Part shown: positions 9,801 through 19,644 of the stretch, in pieces
Layout of the letters: every line of letters begins with the position of its first letter
Position numbering within the stretch: the stretch's first letter is position 1
The notes under the pieces: generated by a model
Database searches by the model: none
What the model saw: the letters and a program-made list of their open reading frames with translations, nothing else
What the model was told of the DNA's origin: nothing
Program-made: the position numbers and the translations under genes
Assembly: GCA_041690355.1 (NCBI GenBank)
Contig: JAWLHK010000003.1
Coordinates: forward strand, 235,428 to 299,427
DNA: 64,000 bases
From: a bacterium
GTDB lineage: Bacteria > J088 > JAWLBW01
Reading direction: 5' to 3'

Positions 9801-10713
9801 GATTGGGCTCCAGTTCGAGCATCTTGCGATAGCTCTGCATGCGCTCCTGAATCTCCGGATGGGTAAGCCGGGTGAGCCGGCGCAGGCTGAAGTCTTCGAC
9901 CGTGAAACTGGCCATGACGCTGCCGAAGGCGACCGCTTTGCGCAGGGTGCCGGCTTCAAAGCTGCCGGCGTGGGCGAGGTAGCCCATGAAGCCGCCGGCG
10001 AACGTATCGCCGGCCCCGGTGGGGTCGAACACGTCTTCGAGAGGATACGCGGGGGCCGAAAAGATCGACCCCTCGCCGAACAGGAGCGCTCCGTATTCGC
10101 CCCGCTTGACGGCGACATAGCGCGGCCCCAGCGAGAGTATCTTGCGGGCGGCGCGCACCAGGTTGTACTCACCCGTGTATTCGCGCGCTTCGGCTTCGTT
10201 CATGAAGACGAGGTCGACGGCGCCGAGCACCTCGGTGAGCGAATCCTTCTTCGTCTCGATCCAGTAGTTCATCGTGTCGCAGGCCACGATGCGCGGCCGC
10301 TTCGTCTGCCGCAGGACGTCGAGCTGCAGATCGGGATCGATATTGGCGAGAAAGAGGTACTCGATTTCGGCATATTCCGACGGAATCACCGGGCGGAAGT
10401 CGCCGAGCACGTTCAGTTCAGTCTTGCGCGTCTCGGCCGTATTCAGATCGAACCCGTAGGCACCCGACCAGCGAAAGGTCTTGCCTTCGGGGATGGACAC
10501 GAGCCCGGCCGTATCGACCTTGTGCTTCTGAAGCAGCTTGATGTGCTCGTCGGGAAAATCGGCCCCCACGGCGGCGACGACCGACGGCGAGGCGAAGTAG
10601 CCGGCGGCCACCGAGAAATAGACGGCCGAGCCGCCCAGAACGTTATCGGCCTTGCCGAAGGGGGTCTCGACGTTGTCGAGCGCGACCGAGCCAACCACGA
10701 GAATACGTGACAT
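9793..10713 (-). CDS. PfkB family carbohydrate kinase
   Basis: GGSAVYF N-terminal motif; DPTGAGDTFAGGF PfkB signature. Confidence 0.93.
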   Translation of the reverse strand: MSRILVVGSVALDNVETPFGKADNVLGGSAVYFSVAAGYFASPSVVAAVGADFPDEHIKLLQKHKVDTAGLVSIPEGKTFRWSGAYGFDLNTAETRKTELNVLGDFRPVIPSEYAEIEYLFLANIDPDLQLDVLRQTKRPRIVACDTMNYWIETKKDSLTEVLGAVDLVFMNEAEAREYTGEYNLVRAARKILSLGPRYVAVKRGEYGALLFGEGSIFSAPAYPLEDVFDPTGAGDTFAGGFMGYLAHAGSFEAGTLRKAVAFGSVMASFTVEDFSLRRLTRLTHPEIQERMQSYRKMLELEPNHV

Positions 10714-10806
10714 GCGATCCAATCCTGATCAGGGCGGCATTAGCGCGTCTGGGGGCCAGACCCGGCCCCTCGCAGCGCTGCCTGCCGGGTAGTCCGACGC
10801 TGCAAC

Positions 10807-10835
10807 ATTGTATTCAGATTCCCCCCGAATATCAA
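10807..10835 (-). promoter_or_regulatory. Sigma70 promoter of the pfkB-tgl-rodZ-mcp-mcp-recO operon
   Basis: TTGATA-17 nt-TACAAT. Confidence 0.65.
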
Positions 10836-10906
10836 ACGGTTGCCGGGAAGCGTCCCGCGGGGCCGGCCCTGGGCCGAACCGCGGAATCCGGGGGCGGCCG
10901 CCGGGC

Positions 10907-10937
10907 AAAAAAAGAGGGCGGCCCGCAGGCCGCCCGG
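10907..10937 (-). terminator. Rho-independent terminator
   Basis: GGGCGGCC/GGCCGCCC stem followed by TCTTTTTTT on the minus strand. Confidence 0.75.
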
Positions 10938-10942
10938 AGAGA

Positions 10943-11839
10943 TCAGTGGGGAAAAAGCCCGAACGAGGCCGCAGCGCGTAGCGTCGGCCCCGAAGCGTCG
11001 ACGGCGGGCGATCCGGTAACCGGGCGCACGCTGTCGCCGAACTCCCATCGGCCGGCTCCTGCCCTGCCCCAGAGATAGCCGGCCGATACGTCGATGCCGA
11101 ACCAGGGCACCACTTTGAACTTGACCCCTACCCATGGGTTCACGGCCAGATAGTTCACACGCAGGGTCTTGGCGAAAGTCGCCGTGCGCGGCGTACCCGA
11201 GAGATCGCCGACCAGGTCGTCCCAGTCGGCCTGCTCGTTGCGCACCCGCAGCTCCTGCTGGGCGTAGCGCACCTCGTACTCGCCGCTGCCGAGCATGCCG
11301 CCGCCGTAGAACTCCCACCGCCGCGTCGGATAGACGTATTCGAGCGTGAGCCCGATATGCGCAGCCGTGACGTCGACCTCGCGCAGAAACACCGCACTCG
11401 AGTCGTCGATGATCGACTTGGAGCCCTCGGCGAGCATGCCCCCGACGCGGAAATTACGGCCGATGTAGCCGAAGGCGTGAATGCCCTGGGTCTCGAACGG
11501 CCCGCCGGGAAATCCATCGGCGCCGAAGTTGAGCTGGCGGGCCAGGTTGTCGAGCACGGCCTGATCGGACCACAGAAAGCCGAACACGAACGAGGCGCCG
11601 CCGCCCCCCTGGGGTCCGCCGGCGGCGCGGGCCGCCTCCTGCCCCCGCGGCTCGGGGGGCTCGGCCAGCTCGTCGACGGGAGACACGTCGGTGACGAAGG
11701 CGGCAAAGCCGGCGGGCCCGGTCACCTCGGCGGGGGAGGCCGCCTGCGGAACGGCGAGGGTCGGTTCGGTAACCGGCTCGACCGCTCCGGTACCCTGCAA
11801 TGCGTAGACAAAGGCCGTTGCGGCCCACCAGCCAGCCAT
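10943..11839 (-). CDS. Putative small outer-membrane beta-barrel protein
   Basis: Amphipathic strands (HIGLTLEYVY, WEFYGGGMLG, PWVGVKFKV, WFGIDVSAGY), aromatic C-terminus. Confidence 0.6.
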   Translation of the reverse strand: MAGWWAATAFVYALQGTGAVEPVTEPTLAVPQAASPAEVTGPAGFAAFVTDVSPVDELAEPPEPRGQEAARAAGGPQGGGGASFVFGFLWSDQAVLDNLARQLNFGADGFPGGPFETQGIHAFGYIGRNFRVGGMLAEGSKSIIDDSSAVFLREVDVTAAHIGLTLEYVYPTRRWEFYGGGMLGSGEYEVRYAQQELRVRNEQADWDDLVGDLSGTPRTATFAKTLRVNYLAVNPWVGVKFKVVPWFGIDVSAGYLWGRAGAGRWEFGDSVRPVTGSPAVDASGPTLRAAASFGLFPH

Positions 11840-11860
11840 GCCAGACCTCGAGGTTTCAGT

Positions 11861-13072
11861 TCACTGCAGACGGGCCACCGCTTCGGCGATGCGGTCGAGC
11901 CCCTTGCGAATCGTCTCCATGCCCGTCGCGTAGCTGAGGCGCACGTAGTCGGGAGCGCCGAATCCGGGGCCCGGCACGACCGCCACCAGGTACTCTTCGA
12001 GCAGATAGTCGGCGAGCGCATCGGCGTCCTTGATGACGCGGTCGCCGGCTTTTCTGCCGAACAGGCCGCTCACGTTCGGAAACACATAAAACGCCCCCTC
12101 GGGCTTCGGACAGCGGATGCCGGGAATGGCGTTCAGACGCTCGACGATGTAGTCGCGCCGTTTCGCGAACTCGGCGCGCATCATGTCGACCGGCTCCTGG
12201 CTGCCGCTCAGCGCCTCGACCGCGCCGGCCATGGCGAACGAGGTCGGGTTCGACGTGCTCTGCCCCTGGATCTTGTTCATCGCCGCGATGACCGCCTTGT
12301 CGCCGGCGGTGTAGCCGAGTCGCCAGCCCGTCATCGAGTAGGCCTTGCTGAGCCCGTTGACCACGAAGGTGCGGCGCTTCATCTCGTCGTCGACGGCGGC
12401 GATGGTCGCAAAGGGGAAGTTATCGTAGAGCAGCTTCTCGTAGATTTCGTCGCTCACGACCATGAGCTGCGGATGCTTGCGCACGACGTCGGCGAGGGCG
12501 CGCAGTTCGTCGGTCGAATAGGCCGCCCCCGTGGGGTTCGACGGGCTGTTCAACACGAGCAGTCGGCTGCGCTCGGTAATCACCTTCTCGAGCGCGTCGG
12601 GGCGCAGCTTGAAGCCGTCGGCCTCGCGGGTCTCGACGAACACCGGCGCGGCGCCCGCCAGGATGGCCATGTCGGGGTACGAAACCCAGTACGGGGTCGG
12701 GATGATGACTTCATTGCCCGGGTTGAGCACGGCCTGAAAGAGATTGTAGAGCGAGTGCTTCGCCCCTGACGAGACGATGATCTCGTCGCCGGTATAGGTC
12801 AGGCCGTTGTCGCGCTTGAGCTTGTCGATGATGGCGTTCTTCAGGGCCGGCGTGCCGGCGACGGGCGTATACTTGGTCTCGCCCTTTTCGAGGGCCCGGA
12901 TCGCAGCCTGCTTGATCGCCTCGGGCGTATCGAAGTCGGGTTCACCGGCTCCAAAGCCGATGACATCCTTGCCCTGCGCCTTCAGGGCCGCGGCCTTGGC
13001 GGTAATCGTGAGCGTGGGCGAAGGCTTGATGCTGTTGGCGCGATCGGAGATCTGAATCGTAAGCGTACTCAT
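11861..13072 (-). CDS. aspC: Aspartate aminotransferase (class I PLP-dependent)
   Basis: GAGEPDF, NSPSNPTG, SDEIYE, SKAYSMTGWRLGY; ATG 13072 overlaps coaD stop. Confidence 0.93.
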   Translation of the reverse strand: MSTLTIQISDRANSIKPSPTLTITAKAAALKAQGKDVIGFGAGEPDFDTPEAIKQAAIRALEKGETKYTPVAGTPALKNAIIDKLKRDNGLTYTGDEIIVSSGAKHSLYNLFQAVLNPGNEVIIPTPYWVSYPDMAILAGAAPVFVETREADGFKLRPDALEKVITERSRLLVLNSPSNPTGAAYSTDELRALADVVRKHPQLMVVSDEIYEKLLYDNFPFATIAAVDDEMKRRTFVVNGLSKAYSMTGWRLGYTAGDKAVIAAMNKIQGQSTSNPTSFAMAGAVEALSGSQEPVDMMRAEFAKRRDYIVERLNAIPGIRCPKPEGAFYVFPNVSGLFGRKAGDRVIKDADALADYLLEEYLVAVVPGPGFGAPDYVRLSYATGMETIRKGLDRIAEAVARLQ

Positions 13073-13554
13073 GATTGGGCTACCTTGTTGCGAAGTTCCT
13101 CGGCAATGACCGGGGGAATCATTCCCGTCACGTCGCCGCCGAAGCGGGCAATTTCCTTGATGATCGTCGAGCTCAGATAGCTGCACGCCGCGTCGGTCAT
13201 CATGAAGACGGTTTCCATCTGCGGATAGAGGCGCTTGTTGGCGAGCGCCATCTGGAACTCGTATTCGTAGTCGGACACGGTTCGGATGCCGCGCAGGACC
13301 ACGTTCGCCTGGATGCTGCGGGCATAGTCGACGAGCAATCCCTGAAACCGGTCGATGCGCACCCGCGGGTTCGCGCCGAAGACGGCATGCAGGTGGCGCA
13401 GGCGTTCTTCTTCGGTGAACAGCGTGCGCTTCGAGGTGTTGTGGGCAATCGCGACGACGACCTCGTCGAAAACGTCGAGACCCCGCTCGATGATGTTCAC
13501 ATGGCCCATCGTAAGCGGATCGAAAGTCCCGGGATAAATGGCGCGGTTAGACAT
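13069..13554 (-). CDS. coaD: Phosphopantetheine adenylyltransferase
   Basis: YPGTFDPLTMGH, RGIRTVSDYEYEFQMA, LSSTIIKE. Confidence 0.97.
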   Translation of the reverse strand: MSNRAIYPGTFDPLTMGHVNIIERGLDVFDEVVVAIAHNTSKRTLFTEEERLRHLHAVFGANPRVRIDRFQGLLVDYARSIQANVVLRGIRTVSDYEYEFQMALANKRLYPQMETVFMMTDAACSYLSSTIIKEIARFGGDVTGMIPPVIAEELRNKVAQS

Positions 13555-14092
13555 GTCGGTATAAATAAACGATCGTTCGGCCGAAGGTTCGGGTGGTCAC
13601 GGTCTCCCAGCGGTCGTGCGACGTCGGCGGCGGCTCGGTCGTCGCGGTCTCGACCACGACGAACGCCCCCGGCTCAAGCAGCGGCTCGAGCAACGCCAGC
13701 GCCTCGTCGCGAAGCGGTCCGGCGTAGGGCGGATCGACGAACACGAGCGAAAACCGCCGCCCTTCGGCCGCCAGCGTGCGCAGGCCCGACCGCGAATCGC
13801 CCCGCACGATGCGCGTCCGCGGCCGGCACTTGAGCGCATCCAGGTTCTGCTCGAGCGCCCGCAGCGCAGCCGGATCCTTCTCGAGAAACACGGCCGTCGG
13901 CGCGCCCCGGCTCAGGGCCTCGATCCCCAAGGCGCCGCTCCCTGCGAATACGTCGAGCGCGTCGCCCGGAGACCAGCGAAAGGCCAGCAGGTCGAACATG
14001 GTCTGCCGGACCCGGTCTGCAGTCGGGCGCACGGCAAGCCCCGCCGGCGCCCGCAGCTGCCGTCCTCGGAACTCACCTGTGATGACGCGCAT
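13547..14092 (-). CDS. rsmD: 16S rRNA m2G966 methyltransferase
   Basis: MRVITGEFRGR, RPTADRVR, LDVFAGSGALGIEALSRG, DPPY. Confidence 0.95.
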   Translation of the reverse strand: MRVITGEFRGRQLRAPAGLAVRPTADRVRQTMFDLLAFRWSPGDALDVFAGSGALGIEALSRGAPTAVFLEKDPAALRALEQNLDALKCRPRTRIVRGDSRSGLRTLAAEGRRFSLVFVDPPYAGPLRDEALALLEPLLEPGAFVVVETATTEPPPTSHDRWETVTTRTFGRTIVYLYRHV

Positions 14093-14135
14093 GGCCGAAC
14101 AAAGGGGTCATGGTCGCACAAAGGGGCGCGCGGCG

Positions 14136-15614
14136 TCAACGAACGCCAACCGACCAGCCCGCCGAAACGGCGAACCGGGTCAGTACGGCGCGCACGGCCT
14201 GCGGCAGCGTCGCGAAGTTGCCGCGCTGCACCTGGTGAACGTCGCGTTCCGAGGCTACGCCGAAGGCGCTGCGCACCCAATGGGCGTGCGCCGGAGCGTC
14301 GCCGTAGAAGACGTACTCGACCGGGCGATCGGCCGCGGTGAGCCAGCGCGCGCTTTCGTTGAGAAAATCGAGTTCCTTGTCGTCGGCGGCCGAAGCCACG
14401 ATGAGCCCGCCGCAGATCGTGCCGACCGGAACGTCGGCCAGCGCGAGGTAAGACCGGCCGGGCGGGTAGAAATCGAGCTGGAGCGTGAAGTCGCCGTCCA
14501 GGGGATAGAGGATGCGGTTGCCCAGGACGCGGTCCTGGTGCTGATGCCACTCGGCATTCGGCAGGACGCCCTGCACGCCCGAGATGACTTCGGCTGCGCT
14601 CACGAATACCGGAATCCGCAGCGTCTGCGGCCGGCGCGGCGTGTGCCTGACCGCCTGCTTCAGAAAGGCGGCCAGCGACGTCTCGATGCGCAGGCCCGCG
14701 TCGAGTACCGGATTCGAGCCGCTCAATCCGACGAGCCCCGCGTCGAGCAGCGAACGAAGCGCATGATGGGCCTCGAGGTCGGGCACGCGTGCGTTCTCGA
14801 CGATATCTTCGGGGCTGCCGTAGAACTCGACCAGCAGCAGAATCTCGCGGTGCACCGGATGCAGCCCCTGCGGCAGGGCGCTCAGATCGCGCAGGAGCAC
14901 GAGCCGGCCGCTGAGCGGCCGGTCGGCCCGGAGGCGGTCGACTTCGTCACGCTGGCGGGCCCCTTCAAGCAACAGTGCATCGAGCGGCAGCGTGATGGCT
15001 TCGGCCCGGCCGACGCGCGCCGACTTGAATACGAAGCGGCCGCTGTCACGTTCGAGAAGGCGCAGAAACGCCTTCATGCCTTCGGCCTTGCCGGCGCGCG
15101 CGTCGACGACCTCTCCTTTGCGGATCCAGAGCGTGCCCGTAGGCTCTCCCTGTACCTCGAGCATCCCTTCGCGGCGATTGGCGCGGATGAGCTGCAGGAG
15201 GTCGGCCATCGGGATTTCGGAGAGCGATCCGGCGAGCCGGTCGCCCCCTTCGGCCACGGCGCTGATGCGAAAGGCGAACCGCAGCACGGCGTCGACCGCC
15301 TGCTGTTTGACGACCGGCTTGGCGAGCACGGCATCGGCAAAGCTCGCCGCCCCCCCACCCTCGCGCACGAGCACGATGGGCACGCCGGCCGTGCGCGGAT
15401 TGTTCCGCAGAATCTCGACGAGCTTCGGAGTATCGATCACCGGCAGCGATTCGCCGAATACGAAAAGGTCCTGCCGTACGCTGAGAGCGCGTTCGAGCGC
15501 CTGGGCGCCGTCGGCCGCGACCGAAACGTGTACGTCGAGGTCTTCGAGCGCCTCCTCGATGCGGACGACCGTTTTCTGGTCGGCGTCGGCGATGAGAATA
15601 TACTTGGCGGCCAT
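14136..15614 (-). CDS. Pseudo-receiver + DUF4388 domain protein with degenerate small-GTPase-like tail
   Basis: REC fold with Gly at the phosphoacceptor position (FVFGESLP); LAGSLSEIPMADLLQLI DUF4388 motif. Confidence 0.75.
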   Translation of the reverse strand: MAAKYILIADADQKTVVRIEEALEDLDVHVSVAADGAQALERALSVRQDLFVFGESLPVIDTPKLVEILRNNPRTAGVPIVLVREGGGAASFADAVLAKPVVKQQAVDAVLRFAFRISAVAEGGDRLAGSLSEIPMADLLQLIRANRREGMLEVQGEPTGTLWIRKGEVVDARAGKAEGMKAFLRLLERDSGRFVFKSARVGRAEAITLPLDALLLEGARQRDEVDRLRADRPLSGRLVLLRDLSALPQGLHPVHREILLLVEFYGSPEDIVENARVPDLEAHHALRSLLDAGLVGLSGSNPVLDAGLRIETSLAAFLKQAVRHTPRRPQTLRIPVFVSAAEVISGVQGVLPNAEWHQHQDRVLGNRILYPLDGDFTLQLDFYPPGRSYLALADVPVGTICGGLIVASAADDKELDFLNESARWLTAADRPVEYVFYGDAPAHAHWVRSAFGVASERDVHQVQRGNFATLPQAVRAVLTRFAVSAGWSVGVR

Positions 15615-17389
15615 CAGAGCTGCCTCTGGAGAAAGTACTGTTCCTGCAGCGCGAAGATGAGCGCATCGGCGAGAAACGGGTCGGCGGCCACGAAGCCGCG
15701 CGCGACGCCCCCTTCGCCTCTCTCGAACAGGACCACGAATCCGCTCTCGCCGGTCAGGTAGAGGGCGAAATAGCGCTCGCCCCCCGGAAAGGCCGGCACA
15801 TGGATCGCAACGCAGTGTTCGTGCGCGGCATCCAGCGTAAAATCCGTCGCGTCACCGAAGAGGGTGAGCCGCGCCTGCTTGCCCAGATCCAGAATCCGCT
15901 CTTCGAGCCAGGCCCCGTGCCGCTTGAGTTCGGGAAAACCCAGAAAAAGCACAGAGCGTTTGCGGGCGTCGCTCCGGATGTCGGTGTAGAGGAAGTGAAC
16001 GGCATCGAGAAAGAAATTCTTGTCGATGTCGGCAGCGTCGGGCGAGCGTACAAGGCGGTCGAAGATGCTCCAGAAGTCGTCCTTCTCGAGAACCCGTCCC
16101 GGACTGCGATCCCAGGCTTCGCGCCGCCGCGTCAGGGTCGCGATCAGTTCTTCCAGCGACTCGCCGTCGGCCGGGAAGGCCGCGTGGGTGACCGTTTCGA
16201 GCTCTTCGCGCGCCACGCCCCGGCTGCGCAGCGACGTCACGAGGCGCCGGCCGAAACTGCGGGCCCCCACGCCGTCGGTTTCAGGGAGAAAGAACCGGAA
16301 GCGCCGCTCCCCGACATGGGTCACGACGTCGGTCTCGCGCAGAAAGTCCTTGAAGAAGGCGTCGGCATCCTCGGGCGAGAGCGGCAGATTCGACTCCACC
16401 AGCGAGAAACTGCGGCTGTAGCGCTGCGCCGTGACGCGTTCGCGCTCTGCGATCTCGAGAAAACGCTCCAGGGGAAGGACTGCGTTCTCGCCGCGCGCCG
16501 TGCGCCGTTTGAGGTCCTGGACGACGAGGGCGTTCTGCAGCGCGATGGCCGAAAATTCGCCGAGCATGCGCAGGGTACGCAGATCCCGGTTGCGAAACTG
16601 CCCTTCGACGTTGCGCACGAGCTTCAGGATGCCCAGCAGTTCCTTGTCGCGAATGAGGGGTACGTGCACGCAGGAACGGTCGAGGTCTCCCGGGCCGCCC
16701 CCCTCGCGGTGGGGAAAAAACGGCAGCTCGCGCAACAGCTGGTCGTGGCTGCGGTAGTCGGAATAGCCGAACTCGGCCGGCTCGTCCGTATCAATGAGCC
16801 CGCGGCGTCCGGCTTCGCGGAACTGGGCCGTCTGCTCCGCGGCCGCGAGCCAGACGATGGCGCCCGCCGCTTCGGTCTCCTGCATGAAGCCGTCAAGCAT
16901 CAGGTCGACGAGAGCATCGAGCTCGAGCGTGCCGAGAATGGCGAGGCCGCGCTTGTAGAGCGAGAGGGTGTAGAAGTACTCGGCGCTCTGCGCAAGCAGC
17001 TTGCCATGCTCGAGAAAAATGCGCTGGCGCTCGAGCACGTCGGCGACCGTCTGCAGCAGCTCGGCCTCGTGAATCGGCTTGATGACGTATTCCTTGATCC
17101 CCAGCGAGAGGGCACGGTTGATCGAGACCATGTCGTCGACGCGCGTCGCGATCATGATCTCGAGCCCCGAGTTTTCGTTGCGGATCTGTCGGGCAAGTTC
17201 GAGGCCCGAAGCGTTCTCGAGCACGAGGTCGAGAATCACCAGGTCGTAGGCGTTTTCGGCGAGGCGCTGCAGACAGGTTGCCGGGTCGGCGACCGTGTCG
17301 ACCTGATAGCCCTCTGCAGTGAGCACATCGGTATAGTACTCGCGGAAAAAGCGATCATCGTCGACGGCGAGAATGCGTCCGGTGGCCAT
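15614..17389 (-). CDS. Response regulator: REC-GAF-degenerate GGDEF plus C-terminal domain
   Basis: ILAVDDD...DLVILDL...IKP; GAF (HVPLIRDKELLGILKL); LRETDVVTHVGERRF degenerate GGDEF. Confidence 0.8.
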   Translation of the reverse strand: MATGRILAVDDDRFFREYYTDVLTAEGYQVDTVADPATCLQRLAENAYDLVILDLVLENASGLELARQIRNENSGLEIMIATRVDDMVSINRALSLGIKEYVIKPIHEAELLQTVADVLERQRIFLEHGKLLAQSAEYFYTLSLYKRGLAILGTLELDALVDLMLDGFMQETEAAGAIVWLAAAEQTAQFREAGRRGLIDTDEPAEFGYSDYRSHDQLLRELPFFPHREGGGPGDLDRSCVHVPLIRDKELLGILKLVRNVEGQFRNRDLRTLRMLGEFSAIALQNALVVQDLKRRTARGENAVLPLERFLEIAERERVTAQRYSRSFSLVESNLPLSPEDADAFFKDFLRETDVVTHVGERRFRFFLPETDGVGARSFGRRLVTSLRSRGVAREELETVTHAAFPADGESLEELIATLTRRREAWDRSPGRVLEKDDFWSIFDRLVRSPDAADIDKNFFLDAVHFLYTDIRSDARKRSVLFLGFPELKRHGAWLEERILDLGKQARLTLFGDATDFTLDAAHEHCVAIHVPAFPGGERYFALYLTGESGFVVLFERGEGGVARGFVAADPFLADALIFALQEQYFLQRQL

Positions 17390-17741
17390 AAATGCGTTCG
17401 GCTGCCCCATACAGCGCGATCCCGGCAATTAACCCCGCTACGTCTGCCACCCAGTCGGCAAGTTCGACCGACCGGCCCGGCACATAGGCCTGATGGACCT
17501 CGTCGGTTGCAGCGTAGATCGTCCCCAGGATCAGGGCCGTGAGCCCGCGAACCATAGTAGTGGATGCGCCTTCTTTCGTCAAAGCCGCCATCAGCAGAAA
17601 GCCGAAGCCGGCAAACAGCATCCAGTGCCCGAGCTTGTCGGGCATGTCACGGGGGATGGGCGGATGCGACTGGTGGCTCAGCCAGAAGATGAAGGCCGCG
17701 TAGACGGCCACGAGTCCCCAGCGCAGCAGGGGGCGTTGCAT
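17355..17741 (-). CDS. VanZ family membrane protein
   Basis: DKLGHWMLFAGFG, YAATDEVHQAYVPGRS, DWVAD. Confidence 0.88.
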   Translation of the reverse strand: MQRPLLRWGLVAVYAAFIFWLSHQSHPPIPRDMPDKLGHWMLFAGFGFLLMAALTKEGASTTMVRGLTALILGTIYAATDEVHQAYVPGRSVELADWVADVAGLIAGIALYGAAERIYGHRTHSRRRR

Positions 17742-18142
17742 CAGTGGACGACCCGAAGCGAGGCCGGCGCCCGCTCACTCTCGGTTTCGGCGCTGCCGTA
17801 GCTTTCGGTCCCGAACAGCCGCTCGTCGAGCCAGACCGCCGCATTGCACTCGAGCGCGAGAGCCACGGCCAGGGCGGCATGCGCCCGGATGCGCCGCCTG
17901 AACAGCCAGCGCCGCAGGACGATTTCGCCCCCCCGCGAGGACAGAATCGAGCGCACTTCGACCCGATCCACCTTCCACTTCAGCCGCCCGATGACGGCCT
18001 GGAGCGCCTCGACGGCCATGCGCGAGCCGGGAACCGGCAGCGTCGCGCGGCGACCCTCGGTGTCCCGCGCGACGATGCGCACGTCGCCGAGAAGGTCTTC
18101 GGTCTGAATCCACTCGCCGGGCACGAAGCGCAGGCCGTTCAT
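17741..18142 (-). CDS. Divergent DUF151 (bifunctional nuclease)-like protein
   Basis: VDRVEVRSI...GEIVL...AVALALECNAAVWLDE pattern; translationally coupled to miaB. Confidence 0.5.
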   Translation of the reverse strand: MNGLRFVPGEWIQTEDLLGDVRIVARDTEGRRATLPVPGSRMAVEALQAVIGRLKWKVDRVEVRSILSSRGGEIVLRRWLFRRRIRAHAALAVALALECNAAVWLDERLFGTESYGSAETESERAPASLRVVH

Positions 18143-19479
18143 GCCACCGCCTCGCGCGGAGTCGCCCCCGGTTCGCCCCGCAGGGAATTGGGGAAGGCGC
18201 GGATGATCGACACCCGCTCGAACTGCCCTGGGGCGCTGTCGCCGCTGAAGTGGACGATGCGGTTGCAGCTCGTTCGCCCCTGCCAGATGCCGTCTTCCTG
18301 CCGTTCAACCAGAACCTCGAGGCTTCTGCCGACGAGAGCCCGGTTATAGTCGAGGCAGATCTCTTCCTGCCGCTTGAGCACCCGCTGCAGGCGCTCGTGT
18401 TTGACCGCTTCTGAAACGTGATCGCCCTGGTCTGCGGCGCGGGTTCCCGGCCGGGGCGAATATTTGAAGGCGAACAGATGCGTGAAGCGCACCCGTTCCA
18501 TCAGATCCAGCGTGCGCTGGAAGTCTTCATCGGTTTCGCCGGGGTAGCCGACAATCAGGTCGGTCGTGACGCCGGCCTCGGGGGCGATGCTGCGCAGCAG
18601 ATCGATCTTGGCCACGTACTCGTCAAAGGTATAACGCCGGTTCATCAGCTTCAGAATGCGATCGGAGCCGCTCTGGACCGGCAGGTGCAGATGCCGCGCG
18701 AGCTGGGGCAGGCGCCCGTAGCACTCGATCTGCTCGCGCGTCAGGTCGCGCGGATGCGAAGACGTGAAGCGCACGCGCCGGATGCCCTCGACGCAGGCGA
18801 CGGCCTCGAGCAGCTTGTCGAACGTAAAATCGGTCTTCTTGCCGTACGAGTTGACGTTCTGCCCGAGCAAGGTGACCTCGACGACACCGCGACGGGCGAG
18901 GGCCCGTGTCTCCTCGAGAATGTTCTCGGGTGTCCGGCTCGCCTCGCGTCCCCGCGTATAGGGAACGATGCAGTAGGAACAGAAATGGTCGCACCCTTCG
19001 GCGATCGTCACGAACGCGCTGATGCCGTCGACCGTGCCGTACGGGGTCTGCAGTTCGCCCTCGCGGAAGCGGGCGTCACGGTTCGGGGCCCACTCGGTGG
19101 CGACGAGCCCCCGCGCGCCCCGGGCCTCGGCCACGAGCTCACGGATGTTACGGACGTTCTGCGTGCCGAACACCAGGTCGACGAACGGAACCCGGCGGCG
19201 GAAGGTCTCGCCGTGTTCCTGGGCGACACAGCCGCCGACGCCGATCATGACATCGGGGCGCTCGCGCTTCAGATCGCGGTAGGTCCCGAGCAGGCTGAAG
19301 ACCTTCTGTTCGGCTTTGTCCCGAATGGCGCAGGTGTTGACCAGGATCAGGTCGGCGCTCGCCGGATCTTCGACGCGGTCGTATCCGTCTTCGGCAAGCA
19401 GACCCGCCATGAGGCGCGTGTCGTACTCGTTCATCTGACAGCCGAAGGTCTGAATATAGACTTTCTTGGGGGCAGGCAT
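18139..19479 (-). CDS. miaB: tRNA-2-methylthio-N6-dimethylallyladenosine synthase
   Basis: TFGCQMNEYD, NTCAIRDKAE, CDHFCSYC radical SAM motif, TRAM C-terminus. Confidence 0.96.
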   Translation of the reverse strand: MPAPKKVYIQTFGCQMNEYDTRLMAGLLAEDGYDRVEDPASADLILVNTCAIRDKAEQKVFSLLGTYRDLKRERPDVMIGVGGCVAQEHGETFRRRVPFVDLVFGTQNVRNIRELVAEARGARGLVATEWAPNRDARFREGELQTPYGTVDGISAFVTIAEGCDHFCSYCIVPYTRGREASRTPENILEETRALARRGVVEVTLLGQNVNSYGKKTDFTFDKLLEAVACVEGIRRVRFTSSHPRDLTREQIECYGRLPQLARHLHLPVQSGSDRILKLMNRRYTFDEYVAKIDLLRSIAPEAGVTTDLIVGYPGETDEDFQRTLDLMERVRFTHLFAFKYSPRPGTRAADQGDHVSEAVKHERLQRVLKRQEEICLDYNRALVGRSLEVLVERQEDGIWQGRTSCNRIVHFSGDSAPGQFERVSIIRAFPNSLRGEPGATPREAVA

Positions 19480-19644
19480 CCCATTACTGTACTGGCCTGC
19501 GCGGGGGCCGGTCAAGCGCGCCTTACACCAGTTACAGGCGGTTTGCAAGCCCCCCCTCATGCGGTAAGCGCCCTCCCGCCGTTGCCCGGCCGGCCGCTTC
19601 TAGAATGAGATCAGCAACGGGGGAAACATCGGGGGGGGGGAACC

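Noticed and set aside
19631..19640. G10 homopolymer as a phase-variation switch for the diguanylate cyclase
   Set aside because: It lies in the 5' UTR/RBS region, not in the coding sequence or promoter spacer; no evidence of length variation from a single sequence
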